A DNA stretch of 64,000 nucleotides from an uncultured virus (IMG/VR IMGVR_UViG_3300046523_000170) (taxonomy: Duplodnaviria > Heunggongvirae > Uroviricota > Caudoviricetes), in the IMG/VR virus record IMGVR_UViG_3300046523_000170; one strand, given 5' to 3'. Both the position numbers and the translations under genes were made by a program. Each line of letters begins with the position of its first letter. Within the stretch, counting starts at the first letter, position 1. Of the stretch, positions 26,977 through 35,987 are shown piece by piece. The notes below the pieces were generated by a model. The model ran no database searches and was not told the origin of the DNA. It worked only from the letters and a program-made list of their open reading frames with translations.

Positions 26977-27374
26977 TCATAGTGGAGCTACCTTTTCCGA
27001 ACTCGAAGCTGAACCCTAACCGCTCCAAGGGCGTCCACTGGGCTGCGACATCGACCCTGCGTAAGGCCGCACGGACGAATGCATATGCGCTGGCCCGTGT
27101 GGCGGCACTGGGTACGCCCTGGTTCGGTGTCGAGCGCCGCATGGCTGATACGGTGCCGCTAGTTATCACGTTCATCCAGCCCGACCGGCGCCACCGCGAC
27201 CGGGATAACTTGCTGGCGGCCTGCAAACCGGCGCTTGATGGGGTGGCCGACGCCCTGGAAATAAATGACGCGCAATTCGACCCCGTCACCATCCGACGCG
27301 AGTACGGCGTCAAGCCTGGCGGCGTGCGTATCGAGATCGGCGCCACGGTCGGCCCAAGCAAGCAAGCGGCCTAA
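26973..27374 (+). CDS. rusA: RusA-like Holliday junction resolvase
   Basis: PDRRHRDRDNLLAACKPALDGVADAL..ND. Confidence 0.85.
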   Translation: MIIVELPFPNSKLNPNRSKGVHWAATSTLRKAARTNAYALARVAALGTPWFGVERRMADTVPLVITFIQPDRRHRDRDNLLAACKPALDGVADALEINDAQFDPVTIRREYGVKPGGVRIEIGATVGPSKQAA

Positions 27375-27502
27375 ATCAGCAGCGAGCCGCGCATCGATCC
27401 GTGCGGCTAATACGCAACGCCTTTCCATTTGGAAAAGTTCGGACAGGCAAGAAAATAAATCTTGAACTGCTAAGCTCGCTCTACCTTTACTAGGAGCAAG
27501 CC

Positions 27503-28060
27503 ATGCACTTCGAAGAACGCTACCTCAACGCATTGAACTCGTCCAACCTGCAGGATGATGAACTCCACAAGCAGGCAGAAATCCTTGCGGCGGCGGCGCT
27601 CGCGGACCTGTCTGGAGGCTCGGGTAGCATCTTCGGTTCCATGCTTTCGCGCGTGAAGTACGGCGACGGCATCAGCCACAAGACATTCGAGTCGGGAAAC
27701 CACAATCTGGCGGTGCTGCTGAAGGTCTGGACGGATGCGGTGGTCGAAAAGGGAAAGCAGCGCAAGTGGATCAAGGCTCAAACGCCGTGGGACATCGAGG
27801 CTGCGTTCGGAAAATACCGGAAAATCGCGCTGCACTCGCTGGCGCACTGGTTGGGCGGAGAGTGCGAGCAGTGCAACGGCACGAAGATCAGCACGAGCTC
27901 GGGCCGCGCCTGTACGCATTGCGCCGAAACCCCGGGTCGTGAGCCGGTCAAGGGAGGAGCCTTGGAAGTTCGCTACATCAAGGACATGGTGAGCGACCTG
28001 GAGAGCCTGTGCCGGTCCCACGGCGCGCGAGCCGGCGCGAAGATGCGGCAGGCGGCGTAA
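27503..28060 (+). CDS. Probable late antiterminator (Q-like)
   Basis: Position at the end of the nin region; CEQCNG..CTHC zinc finger. Confidence 0.6.
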   Translation: MHFEERYLNALNSSNLQDDELHKQAEILAAAALADLSGGSGSIFGSMLSRVKYGDGISHKTFESGNHNLAVLLKVWTDAVVEKGKQRKWIKAQTPWDIEAAFGKYRKIALHSLAHWLGGECEQCNGTKISTSSGRACTHCAETPGREPVKGGALEVRYIKDMVSDLESLCRSHGARAGAKMRQAA

Positions 28061-28446
28061 TGGGTTGGTCTATTGGATACGACAGCAATTGGAACCGTGA
28101 CGTCGGCTACGGCGTACCGGCGACGTGCGATCATCCAGGTTGCGGCGCTGAGATCAATCGCGGGCTGGGCTACGTGTGCGGCGGCGAACCGTATGGCGGC
28201 GAATATGGCTGCGGCCTATTCATCTGCGGCGCACACCAGCGCGCAAACGATAGGTGCCTCCAGCTTTGCCAGCACTGCGCAGACCGCCGTCGCCGCAAGC
28301 TGCAGCCCTCGGCCGACAGCCCCGAATGGATCGAGTGGAAGTTGACCGACGACAGCTGGCAGCAGTGGCGCGACGAGAGCCCATCTGAGGTCGAGAAGAT
28401 GCGCGCTGCCCTGGCGCAGATGCCCACGTGCGAAAATAGCGAATAG
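28060..28446 (+). CDS. Cys-rich phage hypothetical protein
   Basis: RDVGYGVPATCDHPGC..RGLGYVCGG..GCGLFIC. Confidence 0.75.
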   Translation: MGWSIGYDSNWNRDVGYGVPATCDHPGCGAEINRGLGYVCGGEPYGGEYGCGLFICGAHQRANDRCLQLCQHCADRRRRKLQPSADSPEWIEWKLTDDSWQQWRDESPSEVEKMRAALAQMPTCENSE

Positions 28447-28479
28447 GCGCCCATACCTTAAGCGCAAGAAAGGAAGATC

Positions 28480-28830
28480 GTGAAGGTATCAAAATTGACG
28501 GGTGCGCAGCTGGACTACTGGGTGGCGCGTGCGGCAGGGCACGAAGGACAAATCGTAAAGTCGCATTCGCCCTGCAATGCCGATTACTTTGAATATGCAA
28601 GCGGCACGCCATATCGCCCCTCTACCCATTGGGCGCATGGAGGCCCGCTGATAGAAAAATATAGGCTGGCAGTCAACCCCTTCTACTACAAGCACAACAA
28701 CGGATGGGTTGTCACCGATGCTGACGACGGCATACTCTCCGATGGCGAAACGCCGCTTGAGGCAGTCTGCCGGGAGGTGGTTCGCGCTAAGTTCGGCGAC
28801 GATGTGCCAGATGACGAAGGCGCAACCTAG
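28480..28830 (+). CDS. DUF2591/NinX family protein
   Basis: LTGAQLDYWVARA..YRPSTHWAHGGPLIEK..TPLEAVCR. Confidence 0.85.
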   Translation: MKVSKLTGAQLDYWVARAAGHEGQIVKSHSPCNADYFEYASGTPYRPSTHWAHGGPLIEKYRLAVNPFYYKHNNGWVVTDADDGILSDGETPLEAVCREVVRAKFGDDVPDDEGAT

Positions 28831-28844
28831 CAAACACAACAGTA

Positions 28845-28873
28845 TTGCGCCGTTCAAAAAAGAGGCGTAAACT
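28845..28873 (+). promoter_or_regulatory. Putative late promoter pR'
   Basis: TTGCGC-N17-TAAACT. Confidence 0.6.
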
Positions 28874-29107
28874 TTAGTCCTCAACACAGTTCCCTCGGCA
28901 CCATGTAATGCGCGCCACCCGGCGCCACCATCACCCGAGGCAGTCGAAACACCCCGCCCGCGTTACAGCCGGCGTTCGTCTGTAAGAACTGTCTATGGGT
29001 CGAGAAGCGCGTAATCCCTGGGGCAACTCAGGCGCCGAAAACGTAGCGGGTGAAAGGCCTGCAGACCAGCCCATATAGCTCACTTGGCAGATAGCCTTGG
29101 AGCACAC

Positions 29108-29145
29108 AAGCCCGCCCCGAAAGGTTCGCGGGCTTTTCTATTTTT
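29108..29145 (+). terminator. Putative tR' terminator
   Basis: AAGCCCGC..GCGGGCTT followed by T-rich run. Confidence 0.75.
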
Positions 29146-29445
29146 GGCGTCAGCGATCCGCCTATAGGTCGCCAACTTCGCAAGGAGACGGGTATGAAAG
29201 ACGGCATCGGCGGCGCTTAACCGGCCCTGAACCTGGTCATCACGTGGAAGCGCGACGAAACGCGCACGGGATCACAGTTGCCCGATGAGTGCCGGAGTTC
29301 CCGCCCGGCGACACTCAGAAGACGGCGCCACACGCATACTCGAATTTGACCTGGCATCGGCCAGAACAGGTGAGCGCCTTGACCGGGCGCGCTAATGCCG
29401 CCGGACGCTGTCACCGGCACCCCAAACACCCACGAAGGATCGCAC

Positions 29446-29583
29446 ATGCGCTACCAAGCACGCTGGAGCAATGGCTTCTGGAAGACGTTCGACCGCGAAC
29501 GCTTCGCCGACGTCGAAACACACCCGACTGAGAAGATCGCAGACGAGAGAGCCGCTGAGCTGAACGCCCACCGGCCCAAGTAG
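29446..29583 (+). CDS. Small hypothetical protein
   Basis: GAAGGA RBS; MRYQARWSNGFWKTFD. Confidence 0.55.
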   Translation: MRYQARWSNGFWKTFDRERFADVETHPTEKIADERAAELNAHRPK

Positions 29584-29860
29584 CTATCTGAATTGATCGA
29601 TTAGCCATCCGATGTCGTGCGCCAAGCGCGCGGTGCGGGCGGCGAGGTCGAGTAAGCGTTTGAGTTTCCGTTTGGTGGAGAAGGTCATGTCGGCCTCAAT
29701 AGGGTTGTTGATCCTATTGTGTCCAGTCGACCAAGCCAGTTCCTCTGGTGGTTTTTCCAATCTCGCCTCACCGGCGTAATCCGGTGACCACACTCCCACT
29801 GATTGCTCGCACAAGACCCTCCATGGCAGGAATGCCACCGACGGGAGTAGTCAGTGGCAG

Positions 29861-29958
29861 TGTGGTGAATGCGCAGGCTGATGCGCACTGACAGCCGCTT
29901 AAGGGGTTGCTCCCGCGCGGCACGAGCAACAAGCCGGCGATCAGCACCGGCCACCACA
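29861..29958 (+). ncRNA. Candidate multi-stem RNA with kissing loops
   Basis: TGTGGTG/CACCACA closing stem; loops GGCTGA and CGATCAGCA are complementary. Confidence 0.55.
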
Positions 29959-30054
29959 ACCCGTCTCCAGCTCTCCATTTCCGCGCTAGGTTGGAGAGCC
30001 TTCGCCGCCTGCCGCAGTAATGCGCTCGCGGCTTTTTTATTTGTGAGGTTCGCT

Positions 30055-30216
30055 ATGTTCGGCCTGCTGAAATCTGTCGTGGACCTGACCACTGATGTTG
30101 CCAGGGTCGCTGTTGCACCTGTCGAGGCAGTAGCCGACCTGGCCGGCGCAGTCGTCAAGCCACTGGCCGACGTAGCCGAGGAGCTCGGCAAAGACATCAA
30201 GAGCCTGAAGGACTGA
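30055..30216 (+). CDS. Small amphipathic protein
   Basis: GAGG RBS; MFGLLKSVVDL.. Confidence 0.6.
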   Translation: MFGLLKSVVDLTTDVARVAVAPVEAVADLAGAVVKPLADVAEELGKDIKSLKD

Positions 30217-30308
30217 GTCATGAGCGTCGAAGCAGAACTCGTTTGGCTGAAGTTCGTGATGCAGGTGCTGCGCGAGGACTTGGCCATTAATGTGGCGAGA
30301 GCGCCGGC

Positions 30309-30617
30309 ATGAACACGGTTGCACTCAGATACCGCGCCGAGATCCTTCGCGCCGTCTTCGGCTCCTATGCGAACGAAGGCAAGGTCCGCGACCTGCACCG
30401 ACTGAACCAGCTGTGTGAGCACCTGGCGCAGTGCGAGCAGGAACAAGAGGCGCTGCGGGCGAAAGGCTACGGTCGGCCTGGCATGACCTTCATCGAGATT
30501 GTGCGTGAGGTGCCGGCCAATGCGTTTGGTCGGCTCAAGAATCTGTTTGCATCAAAGCCGCCCGCCCATCTGCGTCCGGGCCTTGGCGAAGCTGATGAGG
30601 AATGGAGACTACGATGA
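30309..30617 (+). CDS. Hypothetical protein
   Basis: Co-oriented, overlaps the next gene. Confidence 0.6.
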   Translation: MNTVALRYRAEILRAVFGSYANEGKVRDLHRLNQLCEHLAQCEQEQEALRAKGYGRPGMTFIEIVREVPANAFGRLKNLFASKPPAHLRPGLGEADEEWRLR

Positions 30618-30967
30618 ACGCAATGCTCGGACATCAGGTTGGGCCGCAGTTGGTCGAAGCGCTCGGATTGCCAAGGAATACAACCGGGTTCACGTTGCGC
30701 TGCTATGCCAATGAGGTCGTGAGCGTGACGTGCGAATACTGGCCGGAGGACTCTGGTCTGGCCGACGCTCTTTCTCAGTGCAATCTCGTCGCTGTTGGCG
30801 GAACTCTCCCGAGGACCGAGGCCTTTGACTTCGATGCCTGGATGCGAGAGCGCACCGAGCGCGCGCACCGCGAGTTCATGGAGCGCACGTCGCGCCTGTT
30901 GCCCTGCGACCTGAAACTCGTTCCCGCTGCCGCAATCCGTGGTTACCTCGGCGATAGCCGCTACTGA
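30614..30967 (+). CDS. Hypothetical protein
   Basis: GGAGA RBS, ATGA overlap. Confidence 0.6.
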   Translation: MNAMLGHQVGPQLVEALGLPRNTTGFTLRCYANEVVSVTCEYWPEDSGLADALSQCNLVAVGGTLPRTEAFDFDAWMRERTERAHREFMERTSRLLPCDLKLVPAAAIRGYLGDSRY

Positions 30968-30968
30968 T

Positions 30969-31292
30969 ATGCCGAAGCTTCAAACTCTCAAGCCGCGGCT
31001 GCAGGCCGCTGGCGGTCGCCTCGCGGTTCTCTCGCCCGTCAGACCTGATGTGGTCGAGCGCAAGCGCGGCTACGCCGGGGTGAAGGATCGGCAGCGCATC
31101 CGTGCTCGCGACTTCGGCCTGTGCCAAGAGTGCAGGCGCCGAGGGCGCACTACTGTGGGCCATCCAGTCGACCACATTGTGCCGCTGTGGGCCGGTGGCA
31201 GTGACGAAGATAGCAATAAGGAAACACTTTGCATGGACTGCCACGATGCCAAAACGGCACGCGAAGCAGCGACACGTGCTCGTGGTGGCTGA
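30969..31292 (+). CDS. Terminase-associated HNH endonuclease
   Basis: RDFGLCQEC..VDHIVPL..N..LCMDCHDAKT just before terS. Confidence 0.88.
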   Translation: MPKLQTLKPRLQAAGGRLAVLSPVRPDVVERKRGYAGVKDRQRIRARDFGLCQECRRRGRTTVGHPVDHIVPLWAGGSDEDSNKETLCMDCHDAKTAREAATRARGG

Positions 31293-31430
31293 GCCGCCGA
31301 ATGCGAGCGGGAGTCTCGACGCCACGTCCTACCCAGAGGGGATAACCCCTTTATGCCTCTAGGGTAATTCGAGGCCAGACACCGCATAGTCTCTCATTCG
31401 CGGAAAAAATCCCCCTGGAGGAATTTGTTA
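31293..31430. other. Probable cos/packaging region
   Basis: Intergenic gap between HNH and terS, the usual cos position in HK97-like phages; exact site not determinable. Confidence 0.45.
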
Positions 31431-31907
31431 ATGGCTTTAACAGGCAAAAAGCGAGCCTTCGCCGATGCCGTTTTGGCCGGGTTCTCGAATAAGGAAGCGG
31501 CGATCCGTGCTGGCTTCAGTGAAAAAACAGCATCAGCTGCCGGGTCCCGAAATGTTAAAGACCCAGATGTTAAAGCCTACATCGATAAGCACCGCGCAGC
31601 GGCATCGAAGGGCGCCGCTGCTCCACATAAGTCGGCGGCCCCCACGGCGCCGCCAGGTGATGATTTCATTGAAATCCCTGCAACTGCAGACCCGATCGAA
31701 TTTCTCACTACGATCATGAACGAGCCGGCGGCAGACCTCCGGTTTCGCATCGACGCCGCCAAAGCCATGCTGCCGTTTAAGCATCAGAAGCTGGGCGAGG
31801 GCGGGAAGAAGGATCAAAAGCAGGATGCGGCAAAGAAGGTGGGCGCCGGTAAGTTCGCAGCCGCTGCGCCGCCGAAGCTCGTCGCCGCTGGTGGGAAGAA
31901 GGTCTAA
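31431..31907 (+). CDS. terS: Terminase small subunit
   Basis: LTGKKRAFAD..EAAIRAGFSEKTA; upstream of terL. Confidence 0.88.
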   Translation: MALTGKKRAFADAVLAGFSNKEAAIRAGFSEKTASAAGSRNVKDPDVKAYIDKHRAAASKGAAAPHKSAAPTAPPGDDFIEIPATADPIEFLTTIMNEPAADLRFRIDAAKAMLPFKHQKLGEGGKKDQKQDAAKKVGAGKFAAAAPPKLVAAGGKKV

Positions 31908-33572
31908 ATGCCAGACTGGACAACAGCATGCCCTGACTGGGCAGCGCGCCTGCGCGCGGGTGCGACGATCATCCCACCGCCGATTTTCCCTGAGCAGGCT
32001 GAGCAGGCGCTCGCAATTTTCAAAGAGCTCAAAATCGTTGACGCGCCGGGAAGCCCGACTTTCGGCGAGTCTTGCGCCGAGTGGGTTTTTGACTTGGTGC
32101 GCTGCATCTTCGGCGCGTACGACGCTGAGAGCGGTCGCCGCCTAATCGTTGAATTCTTTGTCCTGCTTCCGAAGAAGAACTCCAAGTCGACTGTCGCGGC
32201 AGGGATCATGCTGACGGCGCTGATTCTGAACTGGCGCCAGTCGGCTGAATTCTCTGTGCTTGCCCCCACAGTTGAAGTGGCCAGTAACGCATACAAACCG
32301 GCGTGGGACATGGTGCAAAGCGACGGCGAGCTAGACGCTCTGCTGCACGTCCAGGCCCATGTGAAGACGATCACGCACCGCGAGAGCCGTGCGACGCTCA
32401 AGGTGCTGGCGGCGGATCAGAACACGGTCGGCGGCAAAAAGTCGGTTGGAACTCTGGTCGACGAGCTTCACCTGTTCGGCAAGATGTCGAGCGCCGAGAA
32501 TATGTTCCGGGAGGCGCTGGGTGGGCGTGCATCACGCCCTGAAGGCTTTGTCATCTGGCTCACGACGCAGTCTGACGAGCCACCGGCCGGCGTGTTCAAG
32601 CAGAAGTTGGAGTACGCGCGCAAGGTGCGCGACGGCGAGATCGTCGACCCGTCATTCGTGCCGATCATCTTCGAGCATCCGCCCGAGATGGTTGCGTCGG
32701 GTGAGTGCCTACTGCTGGAAAACATGGCGATGGTGAACCCGAACATTGGGTTCTCGGTAGATCAGGTCTTCCTCGAGCGCGAATTCAAGATCGCCGAGCA
32801 GGCCGGGCCCGAGTCGTTCCGCGGCTTCATGGCCAAGCATGCGAACGTCGAGATCGGCATGAATCTGCGGTCCGACCGCTGGGCCGGCGCGGACTTTTGG
32901 TCCCAGCAGGGCGTGCTCGAGCGCACGTTCACGCTGGCCGACCTGATCGAGCGCTCCGAAGTAGTCACGATGGGCGGCGACGGCGGCGGACTGGATGACT
33001 TGCTGGGTCAGTACGCGATCGGCCGCTGCAAGACGACTCGTCGCTGGCTCGGTTGGGCTCACGCTTGGGCGCACCCCTCCGTGCTGGAGCGGCGAAAAGA
33101 GATCGCTCCGCGGCTGCTGGACTTCGCTCGCGATGGCCACCTGACGCTCGTTGAGCGCATCGGTGAAGACATCGACCAATTCGCCGCGAACGTCGCCATG
33201 GTCTATGAGGCCGGCGTGCTCGATAAGCTCGGCCTGGATCCCCAAGGCATCGGCGCCATTCTCGATCAGCTCGAAATGAACGGCGTGCCGGCGGACAGGA
33301 TTATCGGTATCACGCAAGGCTGGAAGCTGACCAGTCCAATCAAGACGGCTGAACGAAAGCTCGCCGAGGGTGTGTTGGTCCACAGCGGGCAGCCGCTCAT
33401 GGCCTGGTGCGTCAGCAACGCCAAGATCGTACCGAGCGCAAACGCCGTGCTGATCACGAAACAAGCATCGGGCACAGGGAAGATCGACCCGCTCATGGCG
33501 ATGTTGAACGCGGTCTATCTGATGTCTCTGAATCCCGAGCCGCAGAACACTAAATCATTCTGGGAATCCTGA
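31908..33572 (+). CDS. terL: Terminase large subunit
   Basis: Walker A PKKNSKST, Walker B LVDELH, KIDPLMA nuclease motif. Confidence 0.96.
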   Translation: MPDWTTACPDWAARLRAGATIIPPPIFPEQAEQALAIFKELKIVDAPGSPTFGESCAEWVFDLVRCIFGAYDAESGRRLIVEFFVLLPKKNSKSTVAAGIMLTALILNWRQSAEFSVLAPTVEVASNAYKPAWDMVQSDGELDALLHVQAHVKTITHRESRATLKVLAADQNTVGGKKSVGTLVDELHLFGKMSSAENMFREALGGRASRPEGFVIWLTTQSDEPPAGVFKQKLEYARKVRDGEIVDPSFVPIIFEHPPEMVASGECLLLENMAMVNPNIGFSVDQVFLEREFKIAEQAGPESFRGFMAKHANVEIGMNLRSDRWAGADFWSQQGVLERTFTLADLIERSEVVTMGGDGGGLDDLLGQYAIGRCKTTRRWLGWAHAWAHPSVLERRKEIAPRLLDFARDGHLTLVERIGEDIDQFAANVAMVYEAGVLDKLGLDPQGIGAILDQLEMNGVPADRIIGITQGWKLTSPIKTAERKLAEGVLVHSGQPLMAWCVSNAKIVPSANAVLITKQASGTGKIDPLMAMLNAVYLMSLNPEPQNTKSFWES

Positions 33573-33736
33573 TGCAAAAACTGACCGCCATTCTGCCGGA
33601 TGCGCTGATCATCGCCGGCGCCGCTGCGCTGTCGTTCGGTGCCTGGCTGCTCCATCCGGCGGCCGGATTCATTACCGCTGGCGTCCTTCTAGTGTCCGGC
33701 GGCGTTGTCGCTGGACGCAAAAAGGAAGCCAAGTAA
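33572..33736 (+). CDS. Small two-TM protein between terL and portal
   Basis: MQKLTAILPDALIIAGAAALSFGAWLLHPAAGFITAGVLL; overlaps both neighbours. Confidence 0.7.
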   Translation: MQKLTAILPDALIIAGAAALSFGAWLLHPAAGFITAGVLLVSGGVVAGRKKEAK

Positions 33737-34944
33737 TGTCACTCTTCGTTCCCGCGCCTCGCCAGCGGAGTAATCAGGCGTTCAAGGAGTCCTTCTGGGG
33801 CGAGTTGATGGCTATGGCTGGCTCCCGCTCCGGAAAGGCTGTCACGTTGCAGTCATCTCTCGAAGTGACGGCTGTTCTCGGGTGCGTTCGCGTCCTGTCG
33901 GAAGATGTGGCCCAGGTGCCTTTCAAGCTCTTCCGCAAGCGCAAGGACGGCGGCAGCGACGAGGAGACGGACCATCCCTTGGCCGACCTGCTGGATGTCG
34001 GCCCCAACGACTGGCAGACAGGCTTCGACTTCGTCGAGAATCTCGTAATTCAGGCGGCGCTCGGCGGTAACTTCTACGGCTTCAAGAACAAGGTTCGCAG
34101 CAACATCAAGGAGATTCTGCCTTTTCCGCCGGGAGTCGTAACCGAAAAGTGGGATAACTTCGTGCCGACGTATGGGTGTATCGGAGCCGATGGAATGTAT
34201 CGCGACCTGCCGGCCGACATGGTGTGGCACTTCCGCGGCCCATCGATCGATACCAAGACCGGCATGGCGGCAATTCGGCTAGCAAGGGAGGCGATTGGAC
34301 TGGCGCTAGCGACAGAGGAGGCCCACGCAAAATTGCACGCCAACGGCGCGCAGGCAAGTGGAATGTACTCAGTCGAAAAGACGCTCGACAGCACTCAATA
34401 TGAGGCGCTGAGCGCATGGGTCGCGAAACAAATCTCTGGCGAAAATCGCTCCAAGCCACTGATCCTTGATAGTGGCGCTAAATTCACCCCGATCTCACTT
34501 AGCGGCGTCGATGCGGAGCACCTCGCAACCCGTCGGCATCAAGTGGAAGAAATCTGTCGGGCGCTTCGCGTAATGCCGATCATGATCGGCCAGGCAGACA
34601 AAGCAGCGACGTATGCATCGGCCGAACAGATGTTCCTGGCGCACGTTAAGTTCACGCTGCAGCCGTGGTTCCGTCGTATCGAGAAGTCGGTCGACAAGTT
34701 CCTTCTCACGAAGGAGGATCGCCAGCGCGGGATCTACTCGAAGTTCCTGCCCAATGCGCTGATGCGCGGCGCAGCAAAGGACCGCGCCGACTACTATTTC
34801 CGCATGTGGCAGATGGGGGCGATGAATCCGAACGAGATCCGAGCCTACGAAGAGCAGAATCCGTATGAAGGCGGAGACGTTTACCGAGTGCCGTTAAATA
34901 TGGGTGACCCGAACTCGAATGCAGACTCGACAGGTAATGGGTAA
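33736..34944 (+). CDS. HK97-family portal protein
   Basis: AVLGCVRVLSEDVAQVP, EEICRALRV, MNPNEIRAYE. Confidence 0.95.
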   Translation: MSLFVPAPRQRSNQAFKESFWGELMAMAGSRSGKAVTLQSSLEVTAVLGCVRVLSEDVAQVPFKLFRKRKDGGSDEETDHPLADLLDVGPNDWQTGFDFVENLVIQAALGGNFYGFKNKVRSNIKEILPFPPGVVTEKWDNFVPTYGCIGADGMYRDLPADMVWHFRGPSIDTKTGMAAIRLAREAIGLALATEEAHAKLHANGAQASGMYSVEKTLDSTQYEALSAWVAKQISGENRSKPLILDSGAKFTPISLSGVDAEHLATRRHQVEEICRALRVMPIMIGQADKAATYASAEQMFLAHVKFTLQPWFRRIEKSVDKFLLTKEDRQRGIYSKFLPNALMRGAAKDRADYYFRMWQMGAMNPNEIRAYEEQNPYEGGDVYRVPLNMGDPNSNADSTGNG

Positions 34945-35019
34945 AATGGACGGGCCAAGCAAGTGCGCTAACACTAGCAAGGCCCTAACCAAATCCATGA
35001 CTATCGCGGAGTCAAAGCT

Positions 35020-35922
35020 ATGGCTGACGCCATTCTATCAGGCGCCGAGGAGCGCCCTGCCGTTCTCAATCGGAAGGATGCCGCTGCCCTCGGCCTAAAG
35101 CACTTCTATACCGGCGCCCCCTGCAAGTACGGGCATCATGAGCTCAGGTTTGTAAGTAGCTCAGAATGCGTGGTCTGTTGCCGTGATAGGCAATCCGATA
35201 AGCGTCACGGCATCCCGAGGCCACCGCGCGTCCTGCTTACGGAAGAAGAGAAGAAGCGCAGGAAGGCTGAGTCCGATAAGCGGTATCGGGAAGAGCATAA
35301 GCCAACCCCGGAGCAACTAGCTAAGCGCGCGGAAAAGAACCGGCGATGGCGCGAGCGTAATCCTGAGCGAGCTCGAGAGCTATCACGCAAGTACTACATG
35401 CAGGACCCCGGGAAGTATCGAGCGTTGGCCAAAGCTGATCGCCTTAGAAACCCGGAGAAATTTCACGAGCGCTTCAAGAATTGGGCGTCGAAGAATAAGG
35501 CGCACCTCAAGGAGTATCGCGCTGCCAGGTATCAAGCGAACAAGGCAGAGGATCTAGCCAACAGCAAGATTTGGAAGGCGGCAAATGTAGAGCGCATCAA
35601 AGAATGGATGCGCCGGTATCGCGCAGAAAATCCTCAGTTCGCCGTTATCCATCAGCAGAACAGGCGCGCGAGAAAATTGCGGAACGGGGGCAAACTGTCA
35701 AAAGGCCTGGCTCAAAAGCTTTTAGTGCTGCAGCGGCATAAATGCGCATGCTGCCGCGCGAACCTTCGATTGGTTGGGTATCAACTCGATCACATAGAGC
35801 CTCTTGCCCTCGGCGGCAGGAACGATGATCAAAATATGCAGTTGCTGTGTCCGCCCTGTAACCGATCGAAGCACGCAAAGCCACCCCACGAATTCATGCA
35901 GTCGCGCGGCTATTTACTGTAG
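35020..35922 (+). CDS. Free-standing HNH homing-type endonuclease
   Basis: FYTGAPCKYGH N-terminus, basic helical repeats, C-terminal CACC..LDHIEPL..NMQLLCPPCNRSK. Confidence 0.88.
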   Translation: MADAILSGAEERPAVLNRKDAAALGLKHFYTGAPCKYGHHELRFVSSSECVVCCRDRQSDKRHGIPRPPRVLLTEEEKKRRKAESDKRYREEHKPTPEQLAKRAEKNRRWRERNPERARELSRKYYMQDPGKYRALAKADRLRNPEKFHERFKNWASKNKAHLKEYRAARYQANKAEDLANSKIWKAANVERIKEWMRRYRAENPQFAVIHQQNRRARKLRNGGKLSKGLAQKLLVLQRHKCACCRANLRLVGYQLDHIEPLALGGRNDDQNMQLLCPPCNRSKHAKPPHEFMQSRGYLL

Positions 35923-35987
35923 AGCCGCCATCCGACATCAAGCCAGCCTAGCCGCTGGCTTTTTTTACGCCCTCAAAAGGGAAGCCC

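Noticed and set aside
28993..29078. Canonical tRNA
   Set aside because: No proper D-arm, anticodon arm or 7-bp acceptor stem; kept only as tRNA-like
29240..29330. Hammerhead ribozyme (GATGAG and CGAAAC nearby)
   Set aside because: Core reads CCGATGAG rather than CTGANGA and I could not build the three required stems
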